Shown here: positions 12,868 through 27,428 of the stretch, one piece after another | Layout of the letters: each line of letters begins with the position of its first letter | Numbering within the stretch: the first letter of the stretch is position 1 | Assembly (NCBI GenBank): GCA_964304625.1 | Contig: OZ199838.1 | Location: 14,813,907-14,877,906, forward strand | Direction of reading: 5' to 3' | DNA from: Kudoa neothunni | Lineage: Eukaryota > Animalia > Cnidaria | DNA: 64,000 nt | Position numbers and translations under genes: made by a program | The notes under the pieces: generated by a model | Seen by the model: the letters and a program-made list of their open reading frames with translations, nothing else | What the model was told of the DNA's origin: nothing | Databases searched by the model: none

Positions 12868-13827
12868 TTAACCTTCTATAATGGAGTAGATTTCTATTCC
12901 AAGTGAATTTCGCCAACAATTTTCTAGCGTATAAAAGCTTTCAGAAAAATGAATTGAAATTTTTTTGCTTTATACCAAAAAAGTTAATGTAAAAATATCT
13001 TCCAAATAAAATTGGAGTAGAAATCTACCTCACATTTTTCTTTTATAAACATATTTAAAATATTGATAAATGTCATTTTTAAAAAATTTACGGAAATTCT
13101 ATAGAGTAAATAATGAATAAATAACGAAACACTACATGTGTGATGTCATCCCGCATGCGCGAAATCGAAATAAACCAGGGGTTCCCGCACCTTAGGGGGT
13201 GCGAACTTTGGTTTCAGGTGGTGCGAGATCCGATAAAAATTGAAAATAATTGTTGGTAAATTTTAAGTCAGTTACACCTTATCGTATGCAAGGGGCGCGA
13301 ATTTCGTTTTATCAAAAAATGGGGTGCGAGTCCAGTTTTAGTTGGGAAGCGCTGATATAAGCATGTCATCCTCTCCTGAATACAACGATAGCTCCTTATT
13401 CTCGTACTGGTTATTCAAAATATGATTATTCTTACTCAGTTTGCGTAGTTTTGCGTTGTAGAGAGCATTAAAAAAATATATTATTGTTCAACGCTGCCAA
13501 TTTTTGTGAAATAAGCACTGTTTGCCACCATTTTTTGTTTTTCTGCGCAGTATTACACTGCGCTGTTTAAAATTGGATAAATCAATTGACAGCTGTTATA
13601 AAACATGGATTAAATGTTGAAACTAAAAAGCCGCAGAAATACACCTATAAATAAAATCATACTCCAAAGAAACGTAACAACACAGTTGGTGCGCGTGAAC
13701 AAATAAATATAATTTTAATAATTGGTCATTTATTCAAGATTGACTCGATGAATTTTCTTCATATTTTGTCAGTCAATGCCGAATTTTATTTGGAGGGTGT
13801 AAATTTTTCATCTACTTAGAAGGTTAA
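12868..13827. mobile_element. Non-autonomous piggyBac derivative, related to the 28625-30810 element
   Basis: TTAA-CCTT...AAGG-TTAA termini. Its right end (revcomp TTAACCTTCTAAGTAG...TTACACCCTCCAAATAAAATT) matches 28625-28670. Confidence 0.65.
13176..13354. mobile_element. hAT-type MITE nested in the piggyBac derivative
   Basis: TIRs CAGGGGTTCCC / GGGAAGCGCTG. 8-bp flanks AAATAAAC / ATATAAGC match at 6 of 8 positions. Confidence 0.7.
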
Positions 13828-14779
13828 CGTTATAATCTTCAATTAAATAATTAAAAATTTATTTATATGAAAATACATATTCCAAATAATAAGTTATTCA
13901 AAAATACAATAAACCAAATTTTTACGGGCCAATGGACACTTCCCTATTTAATATGTCCCCACGATCCGATCCAGATGTTTAGTCCGAACCTCCCCAATGA
14001 ACCTAACTATTGTTGTAGTAAAATTCATTGCATTTATAAGAAAAATGACAATGTATGTAAACACACAGCTACTATTATATAAGTCAATAGACTAACGTAT
14101 GTTTCGTGCGCTTGGGGTATTTTCATTTGTGGGAGTCAACAACTATAACTGCAGACGCAGCAACTATTATTGATAATCGGATTGCAACTTGGATGCAATG
14201 GACATCCAGATGATAACTGGCCAAGTTATCAAAGTAATGGTATACTTACCGGTTACTAAAATTCATTGTGATACTGTGTTTATTTTTAAATAATTTTTTC
14301 ACGATTATTTATATTATTGTTTGAAAAGTTGGAGCATACAAAAATTATTCACAAATTTTCATTGCTAGACTTTGACAATTCTTTACACTCAATCCTAAAT
14401 TTGATCAAGTTCACATCGTGTTATCCTCGCACTGTGAGTAGAGGAACTTGTTTTTGTGCTGATCTGTGAAATATTATTCAAAATCATGTTTCATTACCAC
14501 ATGATTATCAATGGAATTATATTTGATTAAATATCTACACAAAACTGACGTGTAAGGATATGTTAAAATTAGTTTAAACTATGTGCATTATTTACCTGAA
14601 CGAAATAGCGGTGATGGTTGATATTAGAACTGACGATGAGTTTTTTTTCTCATAAATAATGAGGAAAATAATACTATATATGTATGTTTATGTAAACGGT
14701 AATATATACGAGTATACGTATATTTCAATACTGATGGATAGATGTAAAGCCAGATCTTGTCCCACCAAGGGCGTGTTTT

Positions 14780-15700
14780 TTCCGGAATAAATTATCGGTT
14801 GAAAAAAAATTAGGATTAAAAAACATTCTCTAACTTGTTTATTATTGGTCGATGGAGAACACAACTGAAACAACCCATTCAATGGTTCCAATATCAAAGT
14901 TGACCATCGTAAATTGGTTTATAAAAATTAGGGTAGTATGCACACACCATTTCAAACAAAAAGAAAAATTTGGTGAAGATGGCTACGTCATCGAAATAGA
15001 TGAAAGCCTCTTACATGGTAAGAGAAAAGACAACGGAGGGAGATATCTAAAAGCTGATTCTTGGAAACATTCCTCTAATAAGGAATTTTTAGTCCCTAGA
15101 TATTCATAGAATGTAATAAAAAAGCTAAGTTATAGTTTATTAATAGTATTTTTAGGCAGACATGAATGGCAGCGAATATTGTCCAGAATGTGATGAATTA
15201 TCTGACGATCATATGTATATCTGATATTCGTATATGCAATCGCTATAATATAAAATAACTCTTTGTACACATTCAGAAAGATATGATAATAGAATAGACG
15301 GTCCCTGGATTTTCGGACTTTACCTATGCTCAATTGGTGATAACGGAAAAAGGATGCTTAAAGAAGAAAGATACTTCGTGGTAAAAAGGAGAAATCAAGG
15401 GACATTAATCCCTATAATTGGAGCGAAAATTTTAAAAGGCTGTACGATATATAGTGATGAGTGGTCCGCGTACAATAAAATGGCAGAATTGGGATACATC
15501 CATTTGGAAATCAATCACTCAGTGGCATACTCTATGTGCGTGATTCATTCTAATACTATGGAGTCATGTTGGGGTTGTTTAATGCTTGAACTCCTGAAAA
15601 TAAGCAGAGGGGTGAGCAAATCAAATATCGAAGGATATCTCAAGGAAGAATGGTTTCGTTTAATAATATAATAAAATTCTATTTTTTTATTGGCGCATGA
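14780..15700 (+). mobile_element. Decayed Merlin/IS1595 (ISXO2-like) transposase
   Basis: Motifs GYVIEIDESLLHGKRK, IDGPWIFG, TIYSDEWSAY and HLEINHS...HSNTMESCWG. Confidence 0.85.
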
Positions 15701-17109
15701 ATAAGCAGTTACTTTTATGATAATATCTTGATTAAAATAATTCCCAGTTCAAATATTCTAAAAATTATGAATATCCTAGAAAAATAAAATAAAACAAGCC
15801 CATAAAATTTAATTATTACGATGGACTATATTATAATAAATAAATGATATGAAAAGGGTCAAACCCAAAATCAAGCTTGAAATCTTTAATCCATAGTACA
15901 AGATGCTGGTGCCAGCATAAACACGCATTTCGTAAACTACTGAAAATCGCGTGGTTATAGAAATGGATTAAAGTATACTAAGAACATTCACAAAAATATA
16001 ATTAGATCAATATTCTTTATATTTTTACCTTGTTAATGTCACATCTATCCAGAGAATAATTTTTGTTTGTAGTATATATAGATCTCTCATTTTGAAATAA
16101 AAGACAAATATCACTTAACCAAAAAGAGTGAAAAATCATGATAGACAAAAGTCATCGTTAACTTTTTAAAAATAAAAATAAAATACATGCTAAATTTCTT
16201 ATAGGAAACCATATGAAAAAAATGTATAAACTAAAATAGCTGTAACCACGTTATGTCATCCCCAAACTTGATTTACAAAGTTTATATAGTTTCCACTGTA
16301 CCATTTTTCCTTATTTAATTAACGCCAACTCTAATTACTGTTGTTTGATATTTATAAATGATTCCATGACCTTCAATAAATAAATAATGATATAAATAAT
16401 CGTGAAAAAATTAATTAAAAATAATCACAACGAATTTTGACAGCCGGCAATTACACCATTAACCTACAAAAATACCATTTCATCTATTTTATGAAATGAT
16501 TGCCAAATATAATGAATTTTGAAGGTATAATTTCAATTTTACTCCTTAACGAGAATGCAAATGCTAACGACACAAGGTATTGTGCGCAGGTGCGTCAATG
16601 CTGTCAGTCAAGAATTTACAAACATACCATGTGAGCCCGGTTTGAAAAATAAAAAAGACCATAATTATATATTTGTAACCAAGCTCTTAAACATTAAGTA
16701 GTAATCCTGTTTGTGAATCACGTGCATGTTTATAAAATGGCGGATCCTTCATATAGCGCATCAGCTGCAGCCGTTACAATATTGTAAGTCAGAAATAGAC
16801 CGATCTACGCAAATAAAATAAACGGATAATGGCGAGTTGTCACGATCAGCCTCGATAACCAGACAATCCGTAAAAAAACAATGATCTCCCCAGACAATCA
16901 TGAATTAGATAACCACAACCGCTTGGGACCAGCAACCACAACGTACCGTGACAACTGTCGTCGATCCTCGTAATGTATAATTACATTAACAACTCGTACG
17001 AACATCCCCATGACGTGCTTACATAAAAAGACTGATTGCGCAACTAACACAAAGAAACGCTAATTAATGTAATCAAAAACAGGTTAAATGCGTCAAAGAA
17101 ACTAGGTAG

Positions 17110-17665
<556 letters not shown>

Positions 17666-18449
17666 TTTTTCAACCAAAGTGTGCCGAAGACGGTCGAGTT
17701 TTTAAAGTATGCGATTGTTCAATGGATGTCATCGTATCGGGCGATCGTTTCCGAATATTATTTTTAGCTTTGCGCGGCGTTACAGTTATATCCAAAAACT
17801 ACGTTTTTTAGCCACTTAAATAATTATAAATATTTAGATATTGAGTATAAACCATTTTGAGATAGAAAGTCTTAAAACATTTTAGGGCAAGATTTAAATC
17901 GTTTATTCTCGTGACCCTGCCAAATTGAATTCCGTGGAAATTGATACCCAAAATCGTTACCAATATAATCTAAATTGCTTCGAATAAAATCAACAATTCA
18001 TATCTCTTTATTTCACTATTTATTAATGAAAAATTACCCGCCATATGAATCACACATTTGGGTTCATTGATTGCTGTGTTCAGTCGAATCTATTCGCCAA
18101 TTAACGTCATGGCAGGTGTTTATATGCACGTCATCGTGGAAATATGTCGTCAAATATCAAAATAACAATATAGAATATTTTGAAGAGAAGATGAAATGAG
18201 ATGAGATGAGACGAGAAAATCCAATAACTATTTTCTTGTGGGGGCCATTAATTTCCGATTAAACGGAGCCGGAAAAGAAAGTTTGTTAATAATCCATATT
18301 TTGATAATTATCTTAATCCTATTAATCATTCTTATATGAGGTGGCTGTAGTTATTATACCCGTTGAATAGTTTTGTTTGCCCTTGTTGAATAGTTCAATT
18401 CAATGGTCTAGACATTCAATGGTAGGTTTTAATTTTATTTGTTCGTACG

Positions 18450-18800
18450 CCTAGTTGCACTCAGTCGATTTATCAATTAAATATTTTTGCTAATCCTTGA
18501 TAAAATCTCTACCGCAGGTAATCTAATAAGTGTTAAGCCCCATTTCGATCACCCATAATTAACACCAAGTGTATCAATTGGATAATTGCCACGTCTCTAA
18601 TGCGCACCATCAACACTCCCCGACAACCCTCATAGGTTACATTTTGGTTATCAAAATTACAAATAAATTAATATCTAATCAGAGTTGGCATTTATTGTTC
18701 TATTATTGATGTGAGGAATTATTGTAAGGATATCACCTGCATCAATAATAAGCTTACCCTACATTTTGATATGGGTGTAAGAATTTCTAACCAGACGTTA
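18450..18800 (-). pseudogene. Possible retropepsin (LTR-retrotransposon protease) remnant
   Basis: Minus-strand fragments GKLIIDAGDILTIIP (D-T/A-G like) and ITCGRDFIKD (ILGRD-like), with many stops. Confidence 0.4.
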
Positions 18801-19523
18801 TATTCCGTAAGGTGATCAGTAACTAAAAATTGATGCATAATCGTATTTTGAAGTATTGACATTAGTGAATAAAAAAACAAATCGAGCGCATAAAAATTGG
18901 TGACTATAATGTTAACTTATAATTTGGGTAATTTTTGTTTGTATCTCTGAGAACCCAGGAGCATACGCAAGTTCCTAGACATAATAATTAAAATATCAAA
19001 GAAATAAAATTTACTGGATAGTTTGAGAGCAAGATTTCCAATGATTTGCTCAATAATTTCACACTATTGATGAAAAAAACGTTCTATAAGATTTGTTATT
19101 ATAGGCGAAAATGTAAATTTGATGAAAATTCGACGAGAGAGAACGATTGGCGAGTAAAAAACAATCATTAGGTTAATATTTTATTCTTCAAGAATAACCG
19201 TGAACTCAACGAGTCTATTTGGTTGTTAAATTCACTATATTTTGTTTATTCTGCCTAGAATTTCATACATTTAATTAAAAATTATTGTTTTTTGATTTAT
19301 CTAGTAAAATGAGTTGAGTTTTTTTATTTAAGTCGGGTGTTAACTTTCGAGTTCAATTTAAATATACTAATGGTGAATATAACCAAAAAATTAATTCGAT
19401 GTTAGCCTACATCGTGCTCTCAAAAATACTCGATGTCACAGTGTTTAACTCACTCGTGAGTTTGATCCAAGAAAACGTTAACTATTTCTAAATAGAAAAT
19501 AAACAAGAAGGAGACAGTTTTTA

Positions 19524-19820
19524 ATGTCATTTTCTCTCGCAATGATCAAAAGTCATTGCGAGAGACGCGTTAAAAATCCTAAAATATCTAAACAACCTGC
19601 TTTAAAAAGAGGGTTAGAAATTTCTGGTCAAAACTTCAACGAAAATGTTCGTTTAATTACTAATATTGCCAATGAAAATAAAATGTTGCTCTCTACCCTG
19701 CGGATATCATTAGAAGGGCAGACAGTATTGCGCCTTATGTTACAAAAATATTGCGAAAAAAACATTTTACGAGAAAAATGGATTCTGGGGATTGGGGAAA
19801 AATTAATACAAATAATTTAA
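19524..19820 (+). pseudogene. Possible Tc1-like transposase HTH remnant
   Basis: RRVKNPKISKQPALKRGLEISG resembles the second HTH of Tc1 transposases. No catalytic domain seen. Confidence 0.35.
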
Positions 19821-21214
19821 TATTATTTTTAAATTTTTCGCCTTTATATAACATTAAATAACACTAATGAACTAGATAGACCAGTCCTTAATCCTCAACG
19901 TTACAATTTGATCAAAGTGGACCCCAGTAGTCTATAGTCTATGGTTAGCTTTAACAGGAATGTTCGAACGTTATATTTGAAAGGTTAAATCAATTATTGC
20001 TTACTTAAAGATATATCGATGTTTTTCATTAATATAAAAAACTTTATAAACAATTTTGAATTAGAATATTCCAAATTAAAAATTCTGGCCCACCCAAATG
20101 TCACCATTTTAGATTAAATTTTAACGCGCCAACCGTCTCAGCCACAAGATTACATCAGATTGGTCCTTTATATGGGTCTCGAGTGCAGCGTATATTAGGT
20201 GAAGCATTTTGATATGAGAATCAATAATGCATTGATTCAACTAAACCAAAACCATTCCACTCCGTTATTTGTGGTCAGTAGTAGGAAGTTACCTCGAATG
20301 TTTTATTCACGGTCACACTTTCCATTGAAAAATAAGTTAAGAATTTGACGAAGGAACAAACGATTTTCGTGAGTTGCAGTTTTCCCCCCATCTATAAAAA
20401 TTAATTATACAAGACTTGTCACATCAAAAGCAGAATTCATTATGGATACAACAAGGTACCCTTTTCGTAAAGTTCGATATGGCATAGTTTACAATTTTTG
20501 GTGATATAAACAAGTGGGTTCGTATGTTAGTTGGTATATTTTTTGTAAAAAATATTGATATCCAACAATTTTAAGGTTTTCTTGTTGATAAATAATTGTT
20601 ACTCCTATATTCTTAATCCCAACTTACACATTAGATCGAAGGTTGGCAACGACTGGCCCGAAAGGGATTCAATGAGTAAGTTATTATTTATCAAATAGTG
20701 CCTTTATAATTGATATTTTCGGCAAGTGAAAAAGCTTAAGTGAAAATTAAATGGAGTCAACTAAACATTATATGCCTGTTTCTAGACATAAATGCAACAA
20801 AAATAGAGTAAAGATTAAGATATCCAAAACAATAAATTTCTTACTTATTTTTATTGAATCTATGATACCAATCTTATTGTGACAAATTGAGATGTTTAAT
20901 AGTGTTCTTTAAGATTTCTAACCCTCATTTAAGTATAAGAAATATTACATTCAATATAAATAAAATCGGGTCAATTTTCAATCCAAAAATTATATATAAC
21001 TAGCCATTTTCTCATAAAAATGTCGAACGTTTGTTATATTTTTCAATAGCAACAATGTATCAGGTTTATAGATTTAACAAGGAAACGTTTCAAAACTTAT
21101 TTATCTTCTTGGATGATACGAACTGAAACTGAAAGATGGTACAACATTAAACACCCATTATTGATTTATTGTTAAATAGGTCGATTTTAAATGATACGCG
21201 TGTTTAATTTATTG

Positions 21215-21577
21215 ATCTTCTAAGGATTTTGGGATGAAATTCACCCCAGTTTAATTTTTCCTTAATTATTCATCCAAAAAATGTGTTTGTTGTTCAAGAT
21301 GAACTCTATCTTAGCTCATTATATTAAAAAAATAAATTATTTTACATTTGTGTGCTATCTAATAATTGGTGACTCGTGACTTTTGTCGTATAAGGTTTTG
21401 TGAGGGATTAATAATATGAGTAACGACACTTTTCTCCGAATGCAATAAGTCAAACCATATAATATTTTACGAACAAATTAATTACAATTTTTTGTTTAAA
21501 TTTACTTAAAAAACTCTGGGGTGAATTTCACACCGAAATCATTGGAGATAGTTTTCTTTGATACCTTTGAGGGTTAA
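21215..21577. mobile_element. TTAA (piggyBac-type) MITE
   Basis: Inverted palindromes GGGATGAAATTCACCCC and GGGGTGAATTTCACACC. Right end GAGGGTTAA. Confidence 0.55.
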
Positions 21578-21933
21578 TCTCACGTATGTGTTGAATTTGT
21601 TAAAATTGAAGGTAGGGAGAGAATCGTTAATTGTGGGAAAGAACTTTCAACGATTAAACAATAAAATACATTTTGGCCGAACATTTTGATAGATAGCTAT
21701 GTTTAATCTGTCAAGAAAATCATCAATGTTAAGCGGCATTACGAAAATGTTGTGTTTACGACAAATTTACAATATTAACGAGGAAAGATAAAATAGAATG
21801 ATTGTGTGTACTACAAAATAATAAACGTAGGATGAATGGTAGTCTTAAAATTCCTCGTAAATTTTTATATTAAAAAGATATTATTCCTTTAAACACATTA
21901 TCAAACATAAAATTTCAATATAACTATTATAAA

Positions 21934-22933
21934 CTAGCTGGAACTACCCAGCGTTGCTTGGGGAAGATTTCGCCTAGAGGCTTTTTTTAATAGCATTCAA
22001 AAAATATATTGAAATCTCGAATTAACCCATAAAAACAAAATAACTAACAATTTTTAAGCAACTTACTATAACGATTTGGGTTATGTAATTTTTATTATTA
22101 TAATTTCTGTGAAGGAAAGTATCAATTCCGGCGTCCATTTAAAAATAGAAAAAATAAAAGAGATAGAAGAAAACTTATGAAAATTAATCGATATTGTTGA
22201 AATTAGCATTGTTTAACTCGGCATAAACATACATGCGCTTTTATCATAAACAACCACAAATTGCGTCGATTTCAACATAAACAATTTAAATAATTTGGCG
22301 AAATAAAAGTACAACCATCCGCATTGAATTTAATCACATAAAGTAAAACTTAGCGGACAATTTAATGAAACCTATGAACGCAGTATTTCCATTATAACGC
22401 TTCAATCAACGTAACTTTAACGTTCTCCACGAATTCGTTATTTATGAAACATATATAGATTTTTTATCACATTGAAAACCATTAATAGAACTTATAAAAT
22501 ATACTTATCAAGTCATATACGTTAAAACTTCGCAAATAAGGAGTGTGTTTAAACAGACACCCAAATAGAAACGCCAACCTTATATATAAAGATAGATAGA
22601 AGCAGTTAATGAACATATGATGGAGCATATGAGGGAGATAGTTAACTTCAACCGACCATAACCATGAAATAAGCAAGTGCTAATCCTATAGTTGAACTCA
22701 TTTAATCCGAAAAGCAAACTTTAAATCGACAAAATCACTATACTATTTCATAAATACTTTTTGGAAACTTTCGTAGTCCGAAAACAATTAAACGATTTTT
22801 TTTAATATCGAAAATTTATAAAATTTTTTATATATGGCTCTCTATAAGGAAAAAATTATCCGCACATGCGTACTTAAGGGCACACACACACACACACGAA
22901 CTACCGACAGTCCTCTTTTATATGTATAAAGGA
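21934..22933 (-). mobile_element. Non-autonomous Helitron
   Basis: Minus strand begins A|TCCTTTATACATATAAAAG followed by a (TG)n microsatellite. It ends in the hairpin CCCAAGC-AAC-GCTGGG and CTAG|T. No TSD. Confidence 0.8.
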
Positions 22934-23260
22934 TAACAACATAACATTGAATAACTAATAAATAAGCTCATAAATGTTCATATATATAGTTATTCCTATT
23001 TATAAAAGAACAATTTTTTGATCTGGTTGTCAGAATTTTAGCCATTGCAACAAAAGTTAGAAATTCTTATAACTTAACCCCCTTAATAAAGATCTGAACT
23101 TAATTATATGTCTAATATTTAATTATTGAGTCATTCTTTAAGGAGAACTTTTATGGAGGAGAAGAGAAGATAAATATTCAACACATATTGAATGTACTAA
23201 AAATTTAAAATGCAATATTTTATACGAGAAATGTAAAAATATTAAATTATGGAAAAACAA

Positions 23261-26200
23261 TCAATTGACATATATAAATTTGATCAATTTTATGTATATT
23301 TGACTATACTTAAATATGTGAAGTTGAAGAATAGTTATATTTATAATCCATAAATAAGAGCATAAGGAATAAAAAAATAGTTTGCGCACGCTGCTGACTT
23401 CAGTATTAAATTTTCTCATAAAACTTTTATGAGAAAATTTTTCAAACAAGCTTATTTTATCATTATAACAATAAATTGTGATAAAATATAAATATCAACG
23501 AATTATATTACGATGTTTTTATTGTTGAAAATAATTAACTATTTCCATTGAGGCGTATATTTAAAAATTCGCTGAAGATCTTTTATCGTTAATTTAATTA
23601 TAGACTCAAAAATTACGCAACATTTGCACCTCGTTGTTCGTCAATTGTAAAATATACCATCTGAGTCGGTGGACTTGTAATCTTCGGGGTTTATACAATG
23701 GAAACCTTCCAAATCGTTTAATACTGAAATATCAATAGGTTTGTTCCAAGTTTCATTCTAAAACACATTATAATGAGTTGAACCAAGAGGAACTTACAGC
23801 AAACCCATCTTTAATCCTTTTTTTAATACCATACAACAAACTGTTCAGAATGGAATCAACATGCTTGAAGATGCATTGATCGATAAAAAACAGCATATTA
23901 AACCCCAGTGATGTGAGATTTTTGTGGTTAACTTTTTCCATCATAATGTACCATTTGGTGAGTACGTGGAAGGTTTGGCATCTGATTTGTATAACATGCA
24001 TCACCTGCTCGACATAACATTTAAGTGTGGTGTTGAGCCAACAAAACAAATCTAAAATAATCAATTTAATGTATGCGAAACAAAATATTGACCCAGCTTA
24101 ATACAACACCTAGTATCCTCATCCCGAAAATTACAACTCTAGTTGTTTATTATTCAAATAAATAGATACATGATTCGAGTTTCAACCCTTCAAAAATTTT
24201 GTTGTACTCATTGATGGTATAGGATAGCATTTGGAAATATAGACTGGTCATATTTTCCAAATATGCCATTGTATCGACGGAAACATTGTAGCTCCTAGGT
24301 AGGTGGCGGTCGAATAATGAGACTAATTTATATTAGAAGATACTTGAGCAAATCGATAGAATGAATTTTAGAGTTTTCAAAGAAAAGTTCAACTGCCTAC
24401 AAAAATATATGAATTAAAAAATAATCAACGACAATACATACCTTTACAGGTTGCCTCAAGTTGATTAAACACTTTAAAATGTTTTTCTTCTGCTCTTCGC
24501 CGAGTGGTAACACAGAGGAATTCTCAAGAAAAATATTTGACGCGATACGAATAAGATCATTGATGATCGCTGACATTTTTGCCCTAACGATAAAACAAGT
24601 TATCGTCACCTGAGATTGATACAAACTGAAACGTACGTTACATAATCCTTTTCATCGAGATTATTCGAATTTTGAGTAACATCAAAAAAATCTGCGGAAT
24701 CATTCAGAAAATAATTTATTTTGGTAAAACCAATCCTCACAACACTAATATAATTTCTAGTTGGCATATATCCGTGATTGAAACAAACTGCCTTAACTCT
24801 AAATTACAAATGGATGTGAAACATCACTCTCATAATTCTAGTTGATTAAAAATTATTTTTCAACCTAAAAAGATAGAAATCTCATTATTCTATGGGAAGA
24901 TATGGAAAACTTCTTAAATTTACCTCATTGTAACTAGGTAAGAGAACGAACATATATTGTAATCCATACAAGATTAAATATAATTTGTGATCATTCGAGA
25001 GAAAGTAAAAATTTTATTAAAAATGAAAAAATATTCTTAGTGAAGAAGTGATTCGACGAAAGTTCTAAAAATCTTAGAAAAATAGTCTTTTATCAAAAAA
25101 TTCAAGTGATATCCTTTCAATTTATTTTATATTAATATTTAAGTAATTAAATAATGTAATTAACATAAAATTATTCGTAAATATTTTGATTAAAAAAAAT
25201 AAAAACCATCAATATTTCTTATTACATCTTGTCATATGCGTAAACCAATATGATAATTCCACCACAAGTTATTGATATATTACGTGGCGGATTTGGCATA
25301 AAAACAATTTTTTTCATTTCTAATTCATCTATATCATTACCTTCAATAAACAGAGTTTCCAGTAATATAAAATTTTAAAATGTTTTTACTATTCAGTGAG
25401 AAAATTTATTCTAAGGTGTAGAATAAACAATGCCTTAAAAAACAATACTAAATTTTAATTTTTTGTTAATAGATAAAGAAATTATAAAGATTCTTTAGAT
25501 AATTAATAACTACAAATACAAATTTTATATATTATGATTTATAAATTAAAAAATTAATATGTTGATGCTCATAATGTGGAGTAATTTACGAGCATTTCAA
25601 GTGAAAAAACTTCGATGTTATAATACTGAGGTTCTGATTTTTAATTTGGTTCACAGAACGCATAAAACGATTTAAAAAATAAGTAATCAAATATATTAAT
25701 TTTTGAATTTAGATAATTTTTTACGAAGTAATTTTACCTCATATCTTCTATTATCCCAATGGTAATATTTTAATAAACATGAAATTCATGTATCCAAAAC
25801 ATTTTAAATCGCTAGTTTCTGTAATATTTCTCAAAATAATAATGCTGATTACACAAATATTAAACCGATATAGAAATTTATGGAACAACTAAAATATTTT
25901 TTCACTATTACACTCTAGTGACTTCTTGTGCACAAATTGTTTAGGATACGGATAATAAAACTATATAATGATTATATTAAAATATGGCGTTAAATTATAT
26001 ATTTAAAATTGATACTGATAAAAACTTTATAGGTGCACAAAAATATCAAGCCCTATCGACTAGGTCGAAACGACCCAACAAATTTTAACGAGTTAATAGA
26101 ATTCTAATACAGTCTGAAAAAACTATAGATTACAGTTAGAACGGTCACACACATAGTCGTACAGTTCATTATTTTTTTTTCTTAATCACAGATTAACTTA

Positions 26201-27428
26201 AAAATATACAATTTTTCGAGTATTTTCGAAATTTATTGTATTTTTTTGTGAATTTATTTTGGATTCAAATAAACTAGAACTTGTGGGAAAACTTATAAAT
26301 ATTAACATTCAATACATATTTAAATGTTTTTAATCATTATCGAAATAGAAAAGAAAATTAAAAAAATTTGCGAACATATATATGTATATATATAGCATAA
26401 ATTATGCAGTGTAATTAAAATACTAAGTTAATTTGAGCAGTTGGCAAGATAGCACTAACAAATTAAAATAGAGACGTGCGCTGAGCGCCCCAAAACCAAT
26501 TGTATTGGAGGATTAATGTTTACTACCACATCTAAAAGCGAATTATTACCAACTGATTCTGTGAGTTGATAGGCAATATCAAATTGAAATTCAGTTATTT
26601 TCATATGTATTCTTGCCAACACATTCTATCGGGCTTTAAAACAACATTAAACACCAAAAAAATACGAGAGGATCCTTGATCCATAGTTCTTCTAAAACCA
26701 ATAAGTAGTTATAGTAATAATTATAGAAAAAGAGAATAAACCTCGATAGTTGTTGTTGTCTTCGGCATCATCTAAATCATATCCGCCGTCTTTTATTAAA
26801 TTTAAAGCCAACAAAGAATCCAATTCTTCAATTTTGGTAAAAGTTATTCTCCTCTCTTCACTCTGAATTCGCTAGAAAAAATTGCTTGAAAATTGTAGTA
26901 TTTATTTCTACTTTTGATCCAGGTTTATCAAAAGAATCAAGACCTACAATCAAATTCAAATCAGTCCAACAAACACTCAACATTCCACACTCACATAAAC
27001 TACTTCTATCCAAAAGATTCGACGTATCCATAAAAGAAGTGATAGCTTGCTTTTGTTTGGAAATATTTTCACCCATTTCTTTCAAATAGGTGCAAATATC
27101 TATTTTGTATCGACATAATAATAAGAGTCAGTAACTATGGCTTTAGAAAATAAGTACGATTAATTTGATTAGAAGCATGAATTAGCATAGGATAATTTTT
27201 AAAAACATGATTTTTCAACGATCGCTCTGCATCTTGATGCACCAACATAACATTGTTGCGAATATCACTGACTCCACTTTGTGTGGTACTTCCGCATATC
27301 TCTTGAATAACTAATATCAAATATAGTCGTTTGAATATCCTGTTTAGTTGTAAATAATTTTCGAATCATTTACAAGTATTTTTATCAAATTCTTTTTTGC
27401 TTAAACCTTCCAAAAACGAACCACTCAT
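23261..27428 (-). CDS. EXOC8: Exocyst complex component 8 (Exo84), divergent; 3' end uncertain (about 23260-23550)
   Basis: The N-terminus (FDKNTFIQEICG...AERSLKNHVFKNYPMLIHASNQI...ENISKQK) matches the Exo84 coiled coil (AQNLKRNVYQNYRQFIETAREI). The C-terminal helical region (EELWIKDPL...ITEFQFDIAYQL, LINLRQPVKAVELFFEN, LFCWLN, LTSLGFNMLFFID, NETW) matches by recalled human EXOC8 motifs. Confidence 0.78.
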
